A DNA stretch of 63,706 nt, the filler included, from Chiloscyllium plagiosum (Eukaryota), in the NCBI RefSeq assembly GCF_004010195.1. It is 4 parts of one record of this genome, joined end to end, with 100 filler letters (N's around TTAATTAATTAA, not from the genome) between each part and the next. Parts side by side here need not be neighbours in the genome. Positions count along the whole stretch, not along the records: positions 56,617 to 63,706 come from NC_057717.1; 3 more parts are not named here. The stretch is one strand, 5' to 3'. The notes under the pieces are model-generated. The model was not told where the DNA came from, searched no databases, and saw only the letters and a list, made by a program, of their open reading frames with translations. Below are positions 62,770-63,706 of the stretch, one piece after another; positions within the stretch are counted from its first letter, which is position 1, and every line of letters begins with the position of its first letter. A program made the position numbers and the translations under genes.

Positions 62770-63285
62770 GTCGGTCGACTATTAAACAATTTACTGGAGG
62801 AGAGGACTCCACAAATATCCTCATCCTAAATATTGGAACAACTCTGTACATCAGTGAAAAAAAAGTCAAAGATGTGGTGTCTGCACAACCCTAAGCCAGA
62901 GCTGTTGAGTCGATGATTTAACTCACACTCATCATGATTCCTACAGAATCACAGATGCCAGTCTTCAAACAATTCGATTTGCTGTATGTGACATGAAGAA
63001 ACAGCTGAACACAGTAGATATGACAAAGGCAGTGGGCCCTGACAACATTCCTGCAATAGGACTGAAGAATTGTGCTGGTCAACAAAGCGTGTCCCTGGGG
63101 AAGCTGTTTCATTCCAGCTCCAACTCTGATATCTCCGTGGTAATGTGGAAAATTACCCAGTCCCCGAAGAGGAGAATAATTACAATCTGACAAATTGCCA
63201 CCTCGAACTCCCATCACGACAATCACATTGGTGGGAATTATTTTTGACAGAGCTGTCAAGTAGCACCGAAATAATCAGGTCAGTG
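62770..63285 (+). mobile_element. CR1/L2-group LINE fragment (RT N-terminus)
   Basis: KKQLNTVDMTKAVGPDNIPAIGLKNCA...VMWKITQ. Confidence 0.75.
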
Positions 63286-63706
63286 TGGTTTCCGATAGAT
63301 ACCCATGTGGAGATGATGTTGTTGTGGAAATATCATTGGATTACTAATCCAGACCAAGATAATGCTCTGGCAGCTGGTGGAAGTTAAAAATAATTAATAA
63401 AATATCCAGACCAAAAATCTGGTGTCAGTAATAGTGATCTTGTGTCCAATGTTAATTGTAAACATCGATCTCCTTCGCCAATGAACTTTCAGGATGTGAA
63501 TCTCCCGTGCTTTCTTGTTCTGGCCTAAAAGTGATTCCATACGCACAGACATGTGATAAACGTCTTCAATGGTCTCAGAATCGGCCAAACAATACACTCA
63601 ATTGTATCAAACTGCTCTGAGATCTTAAAGGATAAAACCGGACAGAACACCTGGCACCAGCTTCGTTACCAGAAAAGGGAATGGGAACACAGTCCTATCG
63701 ACCCTG

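Overview
Repeat-dominated vertebrate genomic DNA from a gapped scaffold. HE1-type SINEs with (TAATC)n tails and the CR1/L1/Penelope content point to a cartilaginous fish, probably a shark. I found no intact host protein-coding gene and nothing prokaryotic. The window is a mosaic of segmental duplications. A ~15 kb unit carrying a decayed L1 is present twice in tandem (16-10794, 15434-25855) and once inverted and more diverged (~56.6-62.6 kb). An older inverted duplication (~34.2-39.5 kb vs ~42.2-51.9 kb) carries a decayed cluster of tRNA genes (His, iMet, Asp x3, Ser, possibly Glu) and C2H2 zinc-finger remnants. The most notable object is a young Penelope-like retroelement (52199-55074, minus strand). 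It has an uninterrupted RT + GIY-YIG frame and a minimal hammerhead ribozyme, and it sits inside an HE1 SINE with a perfect 12-bp target-site duplication. Its truncated 5' end is reiterated as four in-frame 120-bp units built from its own sequence, which may record repeated template jumping. All alignments and identity figures were judged by eye; repeat boundaries and family names need RepeatMasker, Infernal or tRNAscan confirmation.
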